Notes under the pieces: model-generated | Seen by the model: the letters and a program-made list of their open reading frames with translations, nothing else | Database searches by the model: none | Told to the model about the DNA's origin: nothing | In this document: positions 28,301 through 39,519 of the stretch, piece by piece | Layout of the letters: every line of letters starts with the position of its first letter | Numbering within the stretch: the stretch's first letter is position 1 | Assembly (NCBI GenBank): GCA_002633005.1 | Contig: NMRA01000002.1 | Span: 2,800,687-2,864,686 of the forward strand | Length of the DNA stretch: 64,000 nt | Source: Phoronis australis | Taxonomy: Eukaryota; Animalia; Phoronida | Direction: 5' to 3' | Translations under genes and position numbers: made by a program

Positions 28301-31300
28301 CTTCCAAACAAAGATACTAAGTTCAGATAATAACTTTGGTTACACTATAATGTAGCGCACATGGCCTTTAGGGCAAATTATATGTACCTCTTTTGTCCAA
28401 AAATAAAAGACCATTTATTGTAACATAATGACCTCAACCTATTCTTTACTCAGATAAAAAATTTGAGGCAAGGGAAAAACAGAATTTCAAATGTTATAAC
28501 TAGTTACACTGAGAGTTTAAGGAATAGTTGTGTAACAAAACTTTCACCTCACCTTCTGTCAAGTCGTCCACTCCACCAGACATGGAGTAGTTACCACTTG
28601 ACCGTCTGAAGAGCTTGTCCCTGCTGCCTTTGCGGCTGCTCCTAGTGAGGAATGGCTGTGGTGAGGTGGGTGTGATGGAGCCCAAGGGAGACGGCGGCTC
28701 AGGCTGGAGCTCATTGCTGGCTGATGACTCAGGAGTTAGTGGAAGCTGGATTATATCGGAAGCATTTGAGAGGTCAATAAAATCCGTCACTGAACAGTGG
28801 TTTGCATTGTAATGAAAACAAGCAACAAATTCCCATTTTTAAATAATGTGGAACTACAGCCTCGGTGAAAAGACAGGCACAGTACTCAGTACAAAGATTT
28901 CTACAGTACATCACATGCCAAAACTGATCAGAAAAAAGGACCAGGAACTTCTTTTTACGTCGATTGAAAGAACGTGAAATTCACTATCGCAGCCCTAGCA
29001 TCATGAGCGTTAACGATAAGAAAATGATCACTCGTCACACTGCATTTTTGACCACTATAGAGGCAGTTGTCAAAACTGACATGGAAACAGAATTTTGTTA
29101 ATTTTTTATGTTCCTTACAAGCCATTTAAGTTATGCAAAACTATAACTTCATCAATTTAACAAAATTAACACAGGACAAACAATTTCTGGTAATCACTTT
29201 TTAAATTCAATAAATGATAATGACTGCTTGCTCCATCATACCTCGTTTGGTCGAGTGAAGACAGTCCGCACATCTTTATACTTGAAGCCCTTTCTGCGCA
29301 GAGTGGCATTTAATGTATTCACGCGTCTACGCACGGCTGCTGCCTGGCTACGGGTCAGAGACTCAATTTCAGACTTCAGCAGACCTTCGTCAATCAGCCT
29401 ACCATCTAAGGAACACAAAAACAGTCATTCAAGTCATGTACTCCAAGTGGGTTACGACACAGTTCACGATGTCTAATTCTCTTAACAGTACAAATTATTA
29501 TTAAGGTGGCAAAATTCTGAATTACGGAATACCTTAGTCACCTTACTAACTTAAGTGTTGATTCCCTTTCATTCGTAATCATAAGCAAAGATTACTTTGA
29601 CGATGAATTCAGCTTCTGCTCAGCAGTCATGATAGGGAATTCTGGGAAATTTTGTTTAAATACTTATGTGTTGTACAGTACACAATGAATGAGAAAATCC
29701 ATTTTAAAAAAATCAAAGTCTAGCCAGCAGACTAAGACCAAGCTGCAAGAAATTTACTTTTGAATTGTGATATTATCTAAAAACTTATTTGAGCTAGATA
29801 ACTGACGATAACTCAAATGTTTCTTCTCAAATAAGGAGTGTACAATCGTGTAATCGAGAAATATAGAGACTGAGACGAACTTGCCACCCAGAGGGTTGTG
29901 GAATCAAGCATGCAACCTCAAACAAATGAATAGACATTGAGCTTTAGCCGCTATAGAGCAGATATAACATTTATTATTAAACATTTTGCTCGTTTTACCT
30001 TCAAAGGATGATGTAAGGTGTCCGTATCCTGCACTCCTCAGCCAAGTTATCTCAGCCTCACCTTCTGAAAAAGAGTGAATAATAAAATTGGTAAAGATTC
30101 CGAATGTAAGACAATCGAACGCTATTTGTAGACTGCTGTGTCACGCGCTCTTTTTGGCACGATATTGAGAGCTTGTTATCAGCAAAAGTTGACTCTGAAC
30201 TCCAGTCGAAAAAAAGACATTCTTTTTGGAATCCAGTTTAAAAAAGGACACAAGTACTCAATTGGTTTCTAATGCATGCGAAATATTACACATACATTTT
30301 AAAAATTAAAAAGAATGTCTTAACATTATATGTTTTTACCAGTTATTTGAAAATAAATTTTATTGCCGAGAAGTATATTCTAAAGCAAAAAAATCCAAAT
30401 GAACAACAGGAATTCTGTTAACCATGGGAAGTATATGTTTGCTAAGTTACCCGTTCACTGAATGTAAAAATTGCTTACTTATAGTTAATCTGAGAGGATC
30501 CTGCACTGGGCGTCACTGATGTGTGTATATTAACTACCTCAACAAAATCATTAACATTTTTGTAATGTTATATTTGAATGTCATTGCCTCAACAATATTG
30601 TTATGTATCTCATTTCTGTAATGTTATGTCTGAAGAATAAATGCAGATTCTGTGAAAAAATGGTAAGGATTACATCTGATCCAACGTCATGTGTAAGACT
30701 CATCTGACTGTGTCAAAAGCTTTACTAAAGCAATGTGATTTGTAATTTCATTGGTATTATCCATAACATTGCGTTGATGCATTTGGGCCCTCAGATGTAA
30801 TCATCAAGGGAAATGTGAGATTGGGGATATCAAACATCATATTTGTTTAGTTATTTAACAGTAGTTTTTGACCAAATGGTTGACCAAATTGACCTTACCA
30901 ACTTACATGAAAAATGGCCACCAGTGAAACCAAGTGGGACATTTATTGAGGATGTTGATGTATGTTGTAAATATTATATGATCACTACTCACACTGTTGG
31001 TTATAGAGCCCAAGACATCTCGGAAGTGACAAGTAATCAGACTTCTCTACTGAGAGACTTGCAACATATTATGCAAGTGTCTTTCCATAACTAACTAGTT
31101 TTCTTTCAAACTCGTCACAATGGGTCATATATAACACTAGGAATACAATTGAAATTTTTACAGAAGACTTTGCACTGTTGACCAAATTATGCACGGAAAT
31201 ATGAAGCACGACAAACTTTATCTCATGGTATTCCTTACTAATAGTATTACAAATTCAAACTAAATTACCACCCTGTTAGTCATCTTCACTTCCCGTGTAA

Positions 31301-33422
31301 CCTTAGTGTCAGAATAAACGTTCACAGTGGATCAGTTGAACTAAAAAACGAAAGTGACAAAAATCTGCAGAAGAATGTTGAATCATGATGGTATCAGAGT
31401 AATGAAGTATTTTCCATGCCTGCTGGGTCACCTATAATCCCACTGAAGAACACAATAGTCTATGGAAGTCCTTGTGCTGTGGAGACAACATCATCAATGG
31501 TCTTTCAGAGATCAAGGAAATGTTATCCATGATATGAGAAGTTAACATAACATTTTGCAATAGGTCATCATTGCACCAAACATCCTTTGGTCATTGACTG
31601 GTGAGGTATACTTTTAGTATATTATAGCAGCTTATAGCCATTTTCTGATATAATGGCCAGGTGATGAAATATGCCTTGTCGCTAGATTGTGACAAGGTAG
31701 TTCGTTGACAGAGCTTTGCATTCTTGTATGGATTTAACACAGTGGTATGTATTTCCCAGCTCTTTAATAAACCCTTTGCAACCATCATGCCATCAAATCA
31801 CCACTGTTGTACTGTGGGATGTTCAAATGATTCAGACACAACATCCAACGTCTCAAATGATCATCTGAATCAATGAAAGAAGAAGATAAATAAAGGTCCT
31901 TCTTGTTGACATATGATAGATTGATATCAAAGGGGGCGTTCAGGAGTGGGAACCCATGTGATTTTTCTGAATGCAGCCATTTCTGTAGGAAGTTCCTCCA
32001 CCTCACTTACAGCATCAAGTGAATATAGAATTCCTAATTGAGTTTAATTCTTTGTCAACTACTGATAGGTACTTCTGGAACACTCATCTTAGAAATTGGG
32101 TCAAGGGAAAGAGGTCTTTCTGCTGTCATAACACTTGAGATTTGTGTCATGTAGAATGCTTCCTATTATCCAACAAAGGTACATAAGAATGTCCATTATG
32201 ACAATGTTGCCCTAGTCCCTTTGTGTCTCACTGTAGGCAGTGAAGTCAATGGCTTTGTGGGAGACAGTGGGCCAGCACTGTTGAACAAAGAGCATATTTG
32301 ATGGGATTTACTGGCAGTGGTCTAGCAGCAAGAGGAGGTTGGAGTCACACACCTGGCAAGTGAGACAAGGCACAAAACAGCACTTGCACACTAATTCTTT
32401 ATCCCTGTGATTGTGTGACCAAATTAATTAGAAATATAACAAATAGCGATGATGTGAATATGAAGTATGTTAAAAATTGTCAATTGTTTTTAAGAACAAG
32501 TTTTGTGGCAAAAATGGTCCACCGCAAATCAGTGAACCACGTCCAGTAAGTGTTGTGACATGGTGCTGGGGAATAACCCTACATGATGCCAACTATGGTA
32601 GCCCACACCAAGTACGTTATTACTGCAAACATCATCTATTTGTAGAATTTTTTGTTTTCACATTTACAAGTTGTCCGTGAATACAAAGTCACTTTGTTTA
32701 ACGTAGACTATCGCATTGTCATTCAGTTCAGGCTATACATTAGCATACTCAGAACCATGCAAATACATCTATAGTGATTGTGAAAAATCATACCAGATAA
32801 AATGGAATTAATCTTTGTGACGACATTACAAAATATTTTTTTAAAGCCTTAACGAACGCGACTCTCTGGCTCTCGCTAAAAAGTGGCATTTAATGAAAAC
32901 CATTAAACATATATAAAACAATAGTCCAAACTTGGTCCTTACCCAGATCATAATCGATATCTGGACGAGGGATTGGGAGGACAGTTTGTTAATGCTAGTG
33001 GCTCAAGCAATAACAAACTGTCAGTTCCTCCCAAGTCAAGATATATTACTTCTTACCAGATTACGTTTAATAACAATAAGTGGTTAAAAAGTCATAGATT
33101 TTTGACAGATAGTAGGTTCACAACATGATCAGGAATCAAGTTGTGCTCAAATTCAGCCATGGTTTATGCAACAGTCTGTTCTAATCAAATAAAACACAAG
33201 ACAAAAGTGAGACTTTCCAGCAGTGTACCCTCTGAATATGACCATGACCTTTACCATCAAAGTCAAAACATAACTCAATTAAAAAGTATTTCGAGTTCAC
33301 ACTTAGAAGATCTCATTACCATCTGGTGTCTTGGTGGCCTCTTCTTCCTCTGTGAAACTGTCGTCTTTTTTGATGTCTTCAAACTCATTCCAGTAGTCTT
33401 CATATCCACTCTGATGGGCCAT
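10235..33422 (-). CDS. ARHGAP18: Rho GTPase-activating protein, ARHGAP18/28/40 (conundrum) family; whole spliced CDS, 16 exons, ~651 aa
   Basis: 16 GT-AG exons join in frame (1956 nt including stop). Family motifs run in order: N-terminal EDYWNEF..TPDEGEAE.WL..AG, LTRSQAAAVRRRV, GLFGVSL, RhoGAP catalytic EGILRVPG, LLKQFLRELPNPLL, NKMTLSNVAMIVAPNLF, C-terminal IRIQAPSLSK and LFEVGGNIGERCLD..NP.AEWIVK. Which vertebrate paralog is closest cannot be resolved. Confidence 0.93.
11314..11346 (-). CDS. ARHGAP18: Candidate 33-nt micro-exon of the RhoGAP (RQGWRISAYHSS)
   Basis: taatccag acceptor, consensus CAG|GTAAGT donor, phase 2-2 matching both flanks, no stop; no homology support. Confidence 0.5.
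11833..11975 (-). CDS. ARHGAP18: RhoGAP exon (NETQEGFIRIQAPSLSKVGATIQL...TAGDIVEKF...)
   Basis: T-tract + ag acceptor, AG|GTAATT donor, phase 2; G.IR.QAP.LSK motif. Confidence 0.92.
14446..14505 (-). CDS. ARHGAP18: RhoGAP exon (KINLFGKKPDKSELYKKVLE)
   Basis: ttttttgcag acceptor, GAG|GTGAGA donor, 60 nt, phase 0-0, open frame. Confidence 0.8.
15200..17060 (+). mobile_element. Old, degraded Helentron-type element with a tandem array related to 24064-25137
   Basis: Recurrent cactagggggc/cactaggtggc cores (~15448, 16053, 16435, 16708, 16991) with ccaa.tttca and related spacer words; boundaries approximate. Confidence 0.6.
17738..17812 (-). CDS. ARHGAP18: RhoGAP exon (IPSFMITQIRHQYTSEQIRKVKEKS)
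   Basis: gttttcag acceptor, TCT|GTAAGT donor; W.IP.F...Q.R motif continues from the previous exon. Confidence 0.92.
18522..18722 (-). CDS. ARHGAP18: RhoGAP exon (VLVVFLKKIV...NKMTLSNVAMIVAPNLF...EILWV)
   Basis: ttttcag acceptor, GTG|GTGAGT donor; NKM...N.A....PNL motif. Confidence 0.95.
19477..19559 (-). CDS. ARHGAP18: RhoGAP exon (HIPDTKQKLQAINLLLLLLPDIHRDTLR)
   Basis: ttccag acceptor, AGA|GTAAGA donor; LQA.NLL..LLP..HRDTL motif. Confidence 0.94.
20117..20279 (-). CDS. ARHGAP18: RhoGAP exon (NLRQEIEDKF...DAAALLKQFLRELPNPLL...)
   Basis: ctttttag acceptor, C|GTGAGT donor; LLK.FLRELP.PLL motif. Confidence 0.95.
22010..22480 (-). mobile_element. 5'-truncated non-LTR retrotransposon (R1/LOA/I-group): ORF2 C-terminal zinc knuckle + 3' UTR
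   Basis: LTGHCNLARH..ITG...SPVCPECG..VESAKHLVESCPA...LR matches the C-terminal CCHC region of these LINEs; lies in a RhoGAP intron. Confidence 0.85.
22793..22870 (-). CDS. ARHGAP18: RhoGAP catalytic exon (IIHCIEKSGLQVEGILRVPGSAVRIK)
   Basis: Arginine-finger motif EGILRVPG; gacag acceptor, AAG|GTGAGT donor. Confidence 0.95.
24064..25137 (+). mobile_element. Non-autonomous Helentron-associated element (HINE/DINE-1-like architecture)
   Basis: 5' AACAAGAG; subterminal ATGCGCCCACA (24089) inverted to the 3' arm of terminal hairpin ATGCGTCCACATAT-aa-ATATGTGGGCGCAT (25103-25132) followed by an A-run; (GGAC)n microsatellite; internal ~145-160-bp tandem units. Confidence 0.8.
25341..25441 (-). CDS. 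ARHGAP18: RhoGAP exon (DGGLFGVSLQSLCEQD...VPLVFKK), start of GAP domain
   Basis: caccag acceptor, AAG|GTAAAC donor; LFGV.L and VPLVF motifs. Confidence 0.93.
26108..26270 (-). CDS. ARHGAP18: RhoGAP exon (AFILVKDNLGVTRFGDL...LIELTSLFD...KVK)
   Basis: ttttttcag acceptor, G|GTGAAT donor; G.T..GDL..DM and LIELT.LFD family motifs. Confidence 0.92.
26918..26962 (-). CDS. ARHGAP18: RhoGAP 45-nt exon (DVDDEQKVDDKDEMP)
   Basis: tatttcag acceptor, CCG|GTAAGA donor, phase 0-0. Confidence 0.75.
27114..27271 (-). CDS. ARHGAP18: RhoGAP exon (GVEILNINS...SPCAKL)
   Basis: catttcag acceptor, CTT|GTGAGC donor, phase 1-0, open frame. Confidence 0.8.
28553..28745 (-). CDS. ARHGAP18: RhoGAP low-complexity Ser/Pro-rich exon (LPLTPESS...DDLTE)
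   Basis: Open frame; atccag acceptor chosen because phase 0 is required; G|GTGAGG donor, phase 1, matches the next exon; 5' boundary less certain. Confidence 0.75.
29242..29405 (-). CDS. ARHGAP18: RhoGAP exon (DGRLIDEG...LTRSQAAAVRRRVNTL...KDVRTVFTRPNE)
   Basis: ccttag acceptor, GAG|GTATGA donor; conserved LTR.QAAAV.RRV and DVR.VF motifs. Confidence 0.92.
29999..30064 (-). CDS. ARHGAP18: RhoGAP exon (EGEAEITWLRSAGYGHLTSSFE)
   Basis: tttttcag acceptor, G|GTAAAA donor, phase 1-1, 66 nt; EGE.E..WL..AG motif. Confidence 0.9.
30850..32250 (-). mobile_element. Highly degraded L1/Tx1-like reverse transcriptase relic
   Basis: Broken-frame remnants in the expected order (KSW..., NGYKLL, MDNISLI, LYSD); many stops; boundaries approximate. 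Confidence 0.35.
33320..33422 (-). CDS. ARHGAP18: RhoGAP coding exon 1 (MAHQSGYEDYWNEFEDIKKDDSFTEEEEATKTPD)
   Basis: ATG at 33422; DYW.E.E.IK and TPD motifs; donor G|GTAATG, phase 1; pyrimidine-rich acceptor upstream (exon start 33463). Confidence 0.88.
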
Positions 33423-33554
33423 AATTGGCTGGTCATGAGATAAGTCAGCTGATTACATAGCGGCTGAATCGAAACAGAAACACAAGATTAATGTCGGGCT
33501 ATAGTAATTCACTGGCACATTTAAATCAGGGTGTTTTTCCAACACTCAGACTAA

Positions 33555-34050
33555 TCAGTTGCACTAATGGGGCTGCAACAGGTACATGGAGTTACGCCAC
33601 CCCGAAACGGGGGTCTGTACGGGTTAATCAATGCATAAACAACGTAGCCACTGAAGCTGAACAGGCATCTTGTTGGATTTGGATGAAATACCAACAGCAA
33701 CACCACCAACAACCGTCAGACAGAGCCTGGTCAACTCTGTAATATCCCACCTACTAGAGATGGTCTTGGTTTAGGGACGAAAGCACTTTAAGGACAGTAG
33801 GAGACCAACTGAAGATGGTGGCTGAGCACAGTTCCATTAAGTGTTTAAAGTAAGTTTTATATATACATGTTTATTTTTACAATGATCAGGTATGTACCAA
33901 AAATAAGCAAAATAATTTAGTAATTTTACACTTGGCAGTCAAAAACACGTTTTTTCGTGCAACTTTTAAGAATAGAACAATGAGAAAAAAGGTTGAAAAC
34001 TAAACAAAAACATTCTGACCTGTTGTAGCCCCAGTGGCAGTCAATGGTCT
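33555..34050. mobile_element. Degenerate MITE-like inverted repeat
   Basis: TGGGGCTGCAACAGGT (~33568) and ACCTGTTGTAGCCCCA (~34018) are inverted; outer ends unclear. Confidence 0.4.
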
Positions 34051-36732
34051 TAGTTCCAACAGTGTTATGGTATAGGCTGAAATACCATAAGCTCACAACT
34101 ATGTTCAGCTGTGGTTGTCAGACACATTTATGGGCATTTAATTTGACCTGAGTACATTGCTTAGCTAACACATAGACCCTCCAGGATATAGGTGATGGAT
34201 AACAAAAAGGTGTCAACAATTAAACATTACAACATTTAATGGCATAATGCTCAAAAATATGCAACGTAAAGAAGCAGTTTTTAAGTTCCATACATTCACT
34301 CAGTGATCATTGTGCACTTTGAATTCAGAGACTGCAGGGCTACGAAAGTGGGACACACAGTAAATCTCACCAAGTAATTGCCAAAATTGCTCTCATTTCA
34401 TTTTTTCAAAAGTTCCTAACATTGTTTTGAATGTCCACCATTTCTCAGAAACATTGCGTGAAAGTACGTATGACATAGACCTTTAAAATGGTATTGATAG
34501 TATTTTTTGGTGCTACTTATTTTAACTAAAAAAATAAATATTAAATTTCATTGTCAGCCATATTCCATCCATCTTAAATTGGCGAAACACTATTCTACCA
34601 TCAAGCTATAATTATGAAAACGCATGCGAGCATCCGGGGGGGAGGGCTTGAACAAGCCTCCTATTTGGCGAAGTGGCAAAAAGTGTTGTGGTATAATTCT
34701 TCTAAATCCCAAAGCTTCCCACTTAAATCAAATATGGAGGGTTGGCAAACCCAGTTCCACATTCTCTGGTCTGATTTATTCGAATGGTCATGTTTTATTC
34801 AGTACACTGCAGTTGGAATCCCAGTGCGGCAGACAGCGTCCCAGATGGTGGAGGTCTCAGAACCAGGTTCTTGAAGTTTGAGGACGGAGCAAAATGATAA
34901 AGTGACAAAGAGTTAGAGAATTATATTTTGAAGTAAATCAGTCATCCGCGACAATAATTTGTTACTTGTGGTAATATAATTCACATTGCCAATTCACCAT
35001 ATTGGAGGCTGTTGCTGCCCTCGGTAAATCACGTTTATCATCGATTTTTATCTCTAACAATTTCAATACTTTAATCTCTAATACTTATAGTACCTGCAGC
35101 TACTTTTGTATCAATCAATACGAGCACGAACCTGTCAGGTAAAAATAGTTTGTATAGTGTAGGAACTGTCACCATACGTAGCACCAAATTAAACGATTTG
35201 CTGTGCACAAGTTTTGTACCAAAGTTTGACTGACAAAATTTTGAAAATCGAGGGATCCCTTGAAAAATGAAAAAGAGTAATTTTGGCAAATTAATTTTAC
35301 TCCAAATTGAGAGGTTATTGGAGGGTTTATCATAACCAAGTTATCCTCCTTCGACATAAAATATGGTGCGTTAGCTTACGAAAAATGATGATTTAAATTC
35401 AGAATTTGTACAAAAAGATGGTGTAAATTTGAAACTGTTTTTCTTAGTAAAGAGGATTAGGTGTGGAGTATGCATGTGTGTGTGCGTGTCTGTGGTGTTC
35501 TCGTCTTATTGTGTTATTGTAAATTTTCTCATTGCCAATAAATGTATAAAAAAGAAAAATGACTAGATTCTCAATTTGAGTAATATCTTACAACCTGTCA
35601 GAGCACAGTCACCTAAGTGACAAATGATGCAAAAAAACATCCTGGATTGGAATGTTAGTTACAGAACATGGTATGCAAAGCTTTTCTGTTCATTCTAAAA
35701 TTGCCTCTCCCTTCTGAACAAATATCTGGACAGTCCCAGGGACTTTGCAAGCTTAGCAACATTCAATATAAACAGACAACATATGGTCAAATTCAAGTGT
35801 GACAGCAGTTTGGACCACAAGTTAAGTTTTACAAGCCTAATACAAAACTGAAGCCATAAATGTCACCAAGTAAAAATAATTATGCATTGCAGGAAGTATA
35901 CCAGGTCAAGAGGTTTACAATGAAGTTGCAGCTGCAGAAATTCAGTCATTTCCCATCAGCATGAGGAAATGTGCTTTGCCACTTGAGAGGGTGGTGGCGT
36001 AGAACAAAGGTATTCTTGTGTTCGGGGGTTCATAAACTAGGATTTCCAAAGAGGCTTTCTAAAATAGCTTTAACAATTTCTCTGGATATTCATGACCTAA
36101 CCATGCATCTGTCTGCTTTTTTAAACAAGGAACATTTGTCACTGAACAAGTTGTCAGGGGCATCATGCAGGACAGAGGACATCTGTGTACATGCAGTTAG
36201 CCTACTTGTTATGACAAATGACCAAAACAGTGTTTGTCACTGGTATGTACGGCAATGCCAATGCGCAAGTGCAAAGATGCATGATCCTTTCGGCCTTGGC
36301 AAAGTTTGTCTTTAGATGTGCTAGTTGACACTGGAGCACTTGTCACCAATAGCTCACTTGCGAGTTTCTCGTTAGTCACTGTGACGTCACCGGAAAGGGG
36401 GCAAAACCCGCCATATTGCTCTTGTTTTGCCCCGAGTCTTTGCTACACAGTCTAAAACTTACTGGAGTTCTTATGGTGAATTTTACGCTTAAAACGTTAG
36501 ATGGTAGATGGGTCGTGGAATAACTGTGAATGGACGAAGAAAATGTGAACTTGTTATGTTGTGCGAAGCTGTGAACGGACTGAAATTGGAACTTAACCCG
36601 CTCTAGGCCTGAATGGCGCAGGCCTACAGGGGCGATAGTGTATCCCCATAAAAAGATATTCACTTCAAAATACAGCAAATAAAATCAAATGAAACATGCA
36701 TATGTGCACATGAAGTTATAGTTAACACATAC

Positions 36733-36823
36733 CCTGACTCTGGACACAATTTAGTCTACAAATAACTTGAGCATATTCATGAAAACCTCGCGGTTCTCTC
36801 GAGTTTCTCTCACTAGCCGCCAT
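36733..36823 (-). CDS. Candidate alternative first exon or uORF of the RhoGAP (MAASERNSREPRGFHEYAQVICRLNCVQSQ)
   Basis: AAAATGGCGG start context, 30 open codons, G|GTATGT donor in phase 1, compatible with the next exon; CpG-rich context. Confidence 0.45.
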
Positions 36824-37060
36824 TTTGAGGAAGTTACGTGAAATCACGCCTGTTGACGGACAAAAAGTCCAAGGGACACAAATCTTACAAATTTCACTTG
36901 ATATTTTCTCATGCTATTTTGCAAGTGTCACGCGCCAGGTCACGCGCTAGATCTCGCACTTCGCTCAGTCTCGCGCTAGCCTTTGCCTCATACTCACCTG
37001 ACTCAGTTGAAATACTTGATTGTGGTTATCGCGCGCGCGGACTAAGTTAACAGTAACCAC
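36780..37060 (-). promoter_or_regulatory. CpG-rich putative RhoGAP promoter / 5' exon region
   Basis: Local CpG enrichment (CGCGCGCGCG at ~37030), YY1-like GCCGCCATTTTG at 36817-36826, consensus minus-strand donor CAG|GTGAGT (exon end 36998), 3.5 kb upstream of coding exon 1. Confidence 0.5.
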
Positions 37061-38023
37061 AAAGTGGAGTTGGAATTTTTCGCCAAAGTCACCTGAATTC
37101 TCTTATATATGCTTCATCGAAGATGTTTAGAAGCAGAAAGAGTCACTGAAGAAAGTAAGACCCTTTTAGGTGGTAATTTTAGGTGTAGAATGTATTTTTG
37201 ACGAGGTAAAAACTTTACCAGTGAGCGGATTTCGCCTACCGCCCATTTAAAATACACGGGACGAAATTAGTACAGAACGCGATAGAACGTATTGTAGTGC
37301 GAATCTGAAGTTCATTTGCCATAACAGCAATGCTTTTGGACCTTTTTCGAACTAAACGGCTAAAAACTCGAAGACAATAACAGAATACACTGTGCTACCG
37401 TATTGGGCAAATGACCAAACGACAAGCTTTTGCCCCACTTCCCGTGACGTCACAGTTATGTCTCACATAATCTCGCGTTATTGTTATAAACTCGCAAAAG
37501 GCCTATTGCAACCTACTCTACCACTCAAACCTGACCGGCAAAAATGACCACCGCAGTGTCAATCGTATTTACAGACAAGTGAACCCTGTGAAAATACAGC
37601 ATTGAACTGCTAGCTGTCATAAACACACTTTACACTCAAGGAATAACTAACCGAACGAAAAGCTGCAATTATGTGACTGTTTAAACAAAAAGTTAATGTA
37701 GGAACAAGTTGCCTGTTGTCACCATGGTGTCAATTTTATCACCAGCTTTCGAGGTAGAACAACTTGTGCCCAATCACTTCGTTTCATGACAACTACACAC
37801 ATCTAAATACGAAACTGGGCCAAGGTGCATGCAATCATGTCAGCTGTGTTTGCACAATAGCAATAGCTAAAGGCAACCATTTTGAGCCACATCTATACCA
37901 GACTTCATATCGCTTTTAACCATTTCATTCAAGCACGTTTCTATTTATAAATATGCAAGAACGTTCATCATTTTCTTTCTCGACATAAACAGCAACCTTT
38001 CTGCAAGCCACCAGTTCCGAGTT

Positions 38024-38082
38024 GTGTGTTTGTGTGTGTGCGTGTGTGCGTGCGTGCGTGCGTGCATGCGTGTGTGTGTGTG
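38024..38082. repeat. Compound (TG)n/(TGCG)n microsatellite
   Basis: Read directly. Confidence 0.95.
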
Positions 38083-39519
38083 TTAATGGGTTTGCAATAA
38101 ATTTTGTTGTATCCTTTATATCATATCTTAATAACTTTATTCTAAACCGGCCAATCAGCTCCCATAACTCAAGTTAAAATGGACACTCAGTCACTCAAGC
38201 TTACTCACTTGACTGCGGTGACCAAATGCTGATTACTGTGTCCTAACAAGGGTATCTAAAACCTGAGTTAATGCAGGGTACCCATTTGGACACCTCATAG
38301 ATGAAGACCTGCTTGTATGTATCTAATATGGCAGGATATTTCCCAGAGTGTTAAAAGAAATATTTTGCAAGGTCCACCTGCCATAAAATATGCCATTGAC
38401 ATGCCGCAGAGTAGTCAAAAGATACAAAAATGTCCAACACATCAAAGTATACCTAAATGCCGAACAAATTGCATTTCGTCCTTGTCAACTTATGGCTTGT
38501 CTAATGGACACCAGAATCAGAAACTGATCAGGCGACAGGTGCATTAATTTAAGCTCTCACAGTGCTAGAGAGTAATGTATGTTAATGTTTCCTTGTCACA
38601 CCAACTCATAACAATTAGGAAGTTAAACAAAAACTGTCGCCAAATTTTAATTAAAATTAGGCGACAAATCTTTGGGAGAATTTAACTTCAATCAGTTAGT
38701 GCTTTAAAATACAGTAATGCTATCTCACCCACAGAATATACTGCACTAGGGAAGTAACGGTAGGCTAGTAGCAAGATCTGTCATGTTTCAAGGAATACAA
38801 ATGCCAAATTTAGCAAACCTCCTATAACGGTTTAGGAGATAGGGCCACTAGAGAGCAACACAGCAGTTGAAGTCATCAGGAAAATAACATCAGCCAAGTT
38901 TTCACAGTAATGAACATCTCTGCCAATTTTTATTGATTTAATGAGCGGTTTGGTGAATAGACAAGACAGGCAACAAAAAACAGACTCAGAAATAGTAAAA
39001 AATGGCCACAAAGTGGTGCAGAATATTGAATTGAAATTTCTTTATTACAGACCCTCATAATGCATCCATCCTACTCATGGGCAGCATGGGCAATACAGAG
39101 TAATGCTCATAACAAAAAGAATGATTTGATATAAGTTAACCAGTAATGTTGAAACATGTTACAAATGTTTCAGATAAAGACAACTCTTTCTTACAAGCAT
39201 ATGCACAGTTGGGTTAATTTTACAATGCCTTAATTTAAGAATTTCTAGCATTGTTGTTATTTTCCCAACAATATCTTTCGGTGACATGGGAATTGCATTT
39301 ACAGACCTTGTTCTACACCTGAAGACGGCAACCATGTTATACACATATGGGCACATAAAAATGGCGCATATGCAAATATTTCGCATGGGCTTATTTGTTC
39401 CATGTACTTATGCAAAATTGGTTGAATACACGCCATTGGCCGTTATTAACAATCTTTAATCCATTCCGTTCCTATCCTGGGAACGAAGTTAACAGAACAT
39501 TGGTAAAGCAACTGACCAA

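Larger units (their letters stand above)
36347..37508. mobile_element. Segment bounded by inverted repeats (possible old ISL2EU/Harbinger-type element, or two opposed ends)
   Basis: Outer CAATAG.....TTGCGAGTTT / AAACTCGCAA.....CTATTG; inner ACTGTGACGTCACCGGAAAGGGGGCAAAA / TTTTGCCCCACTTCCCGTGACGTCACAGT. Confidence 0.55.
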
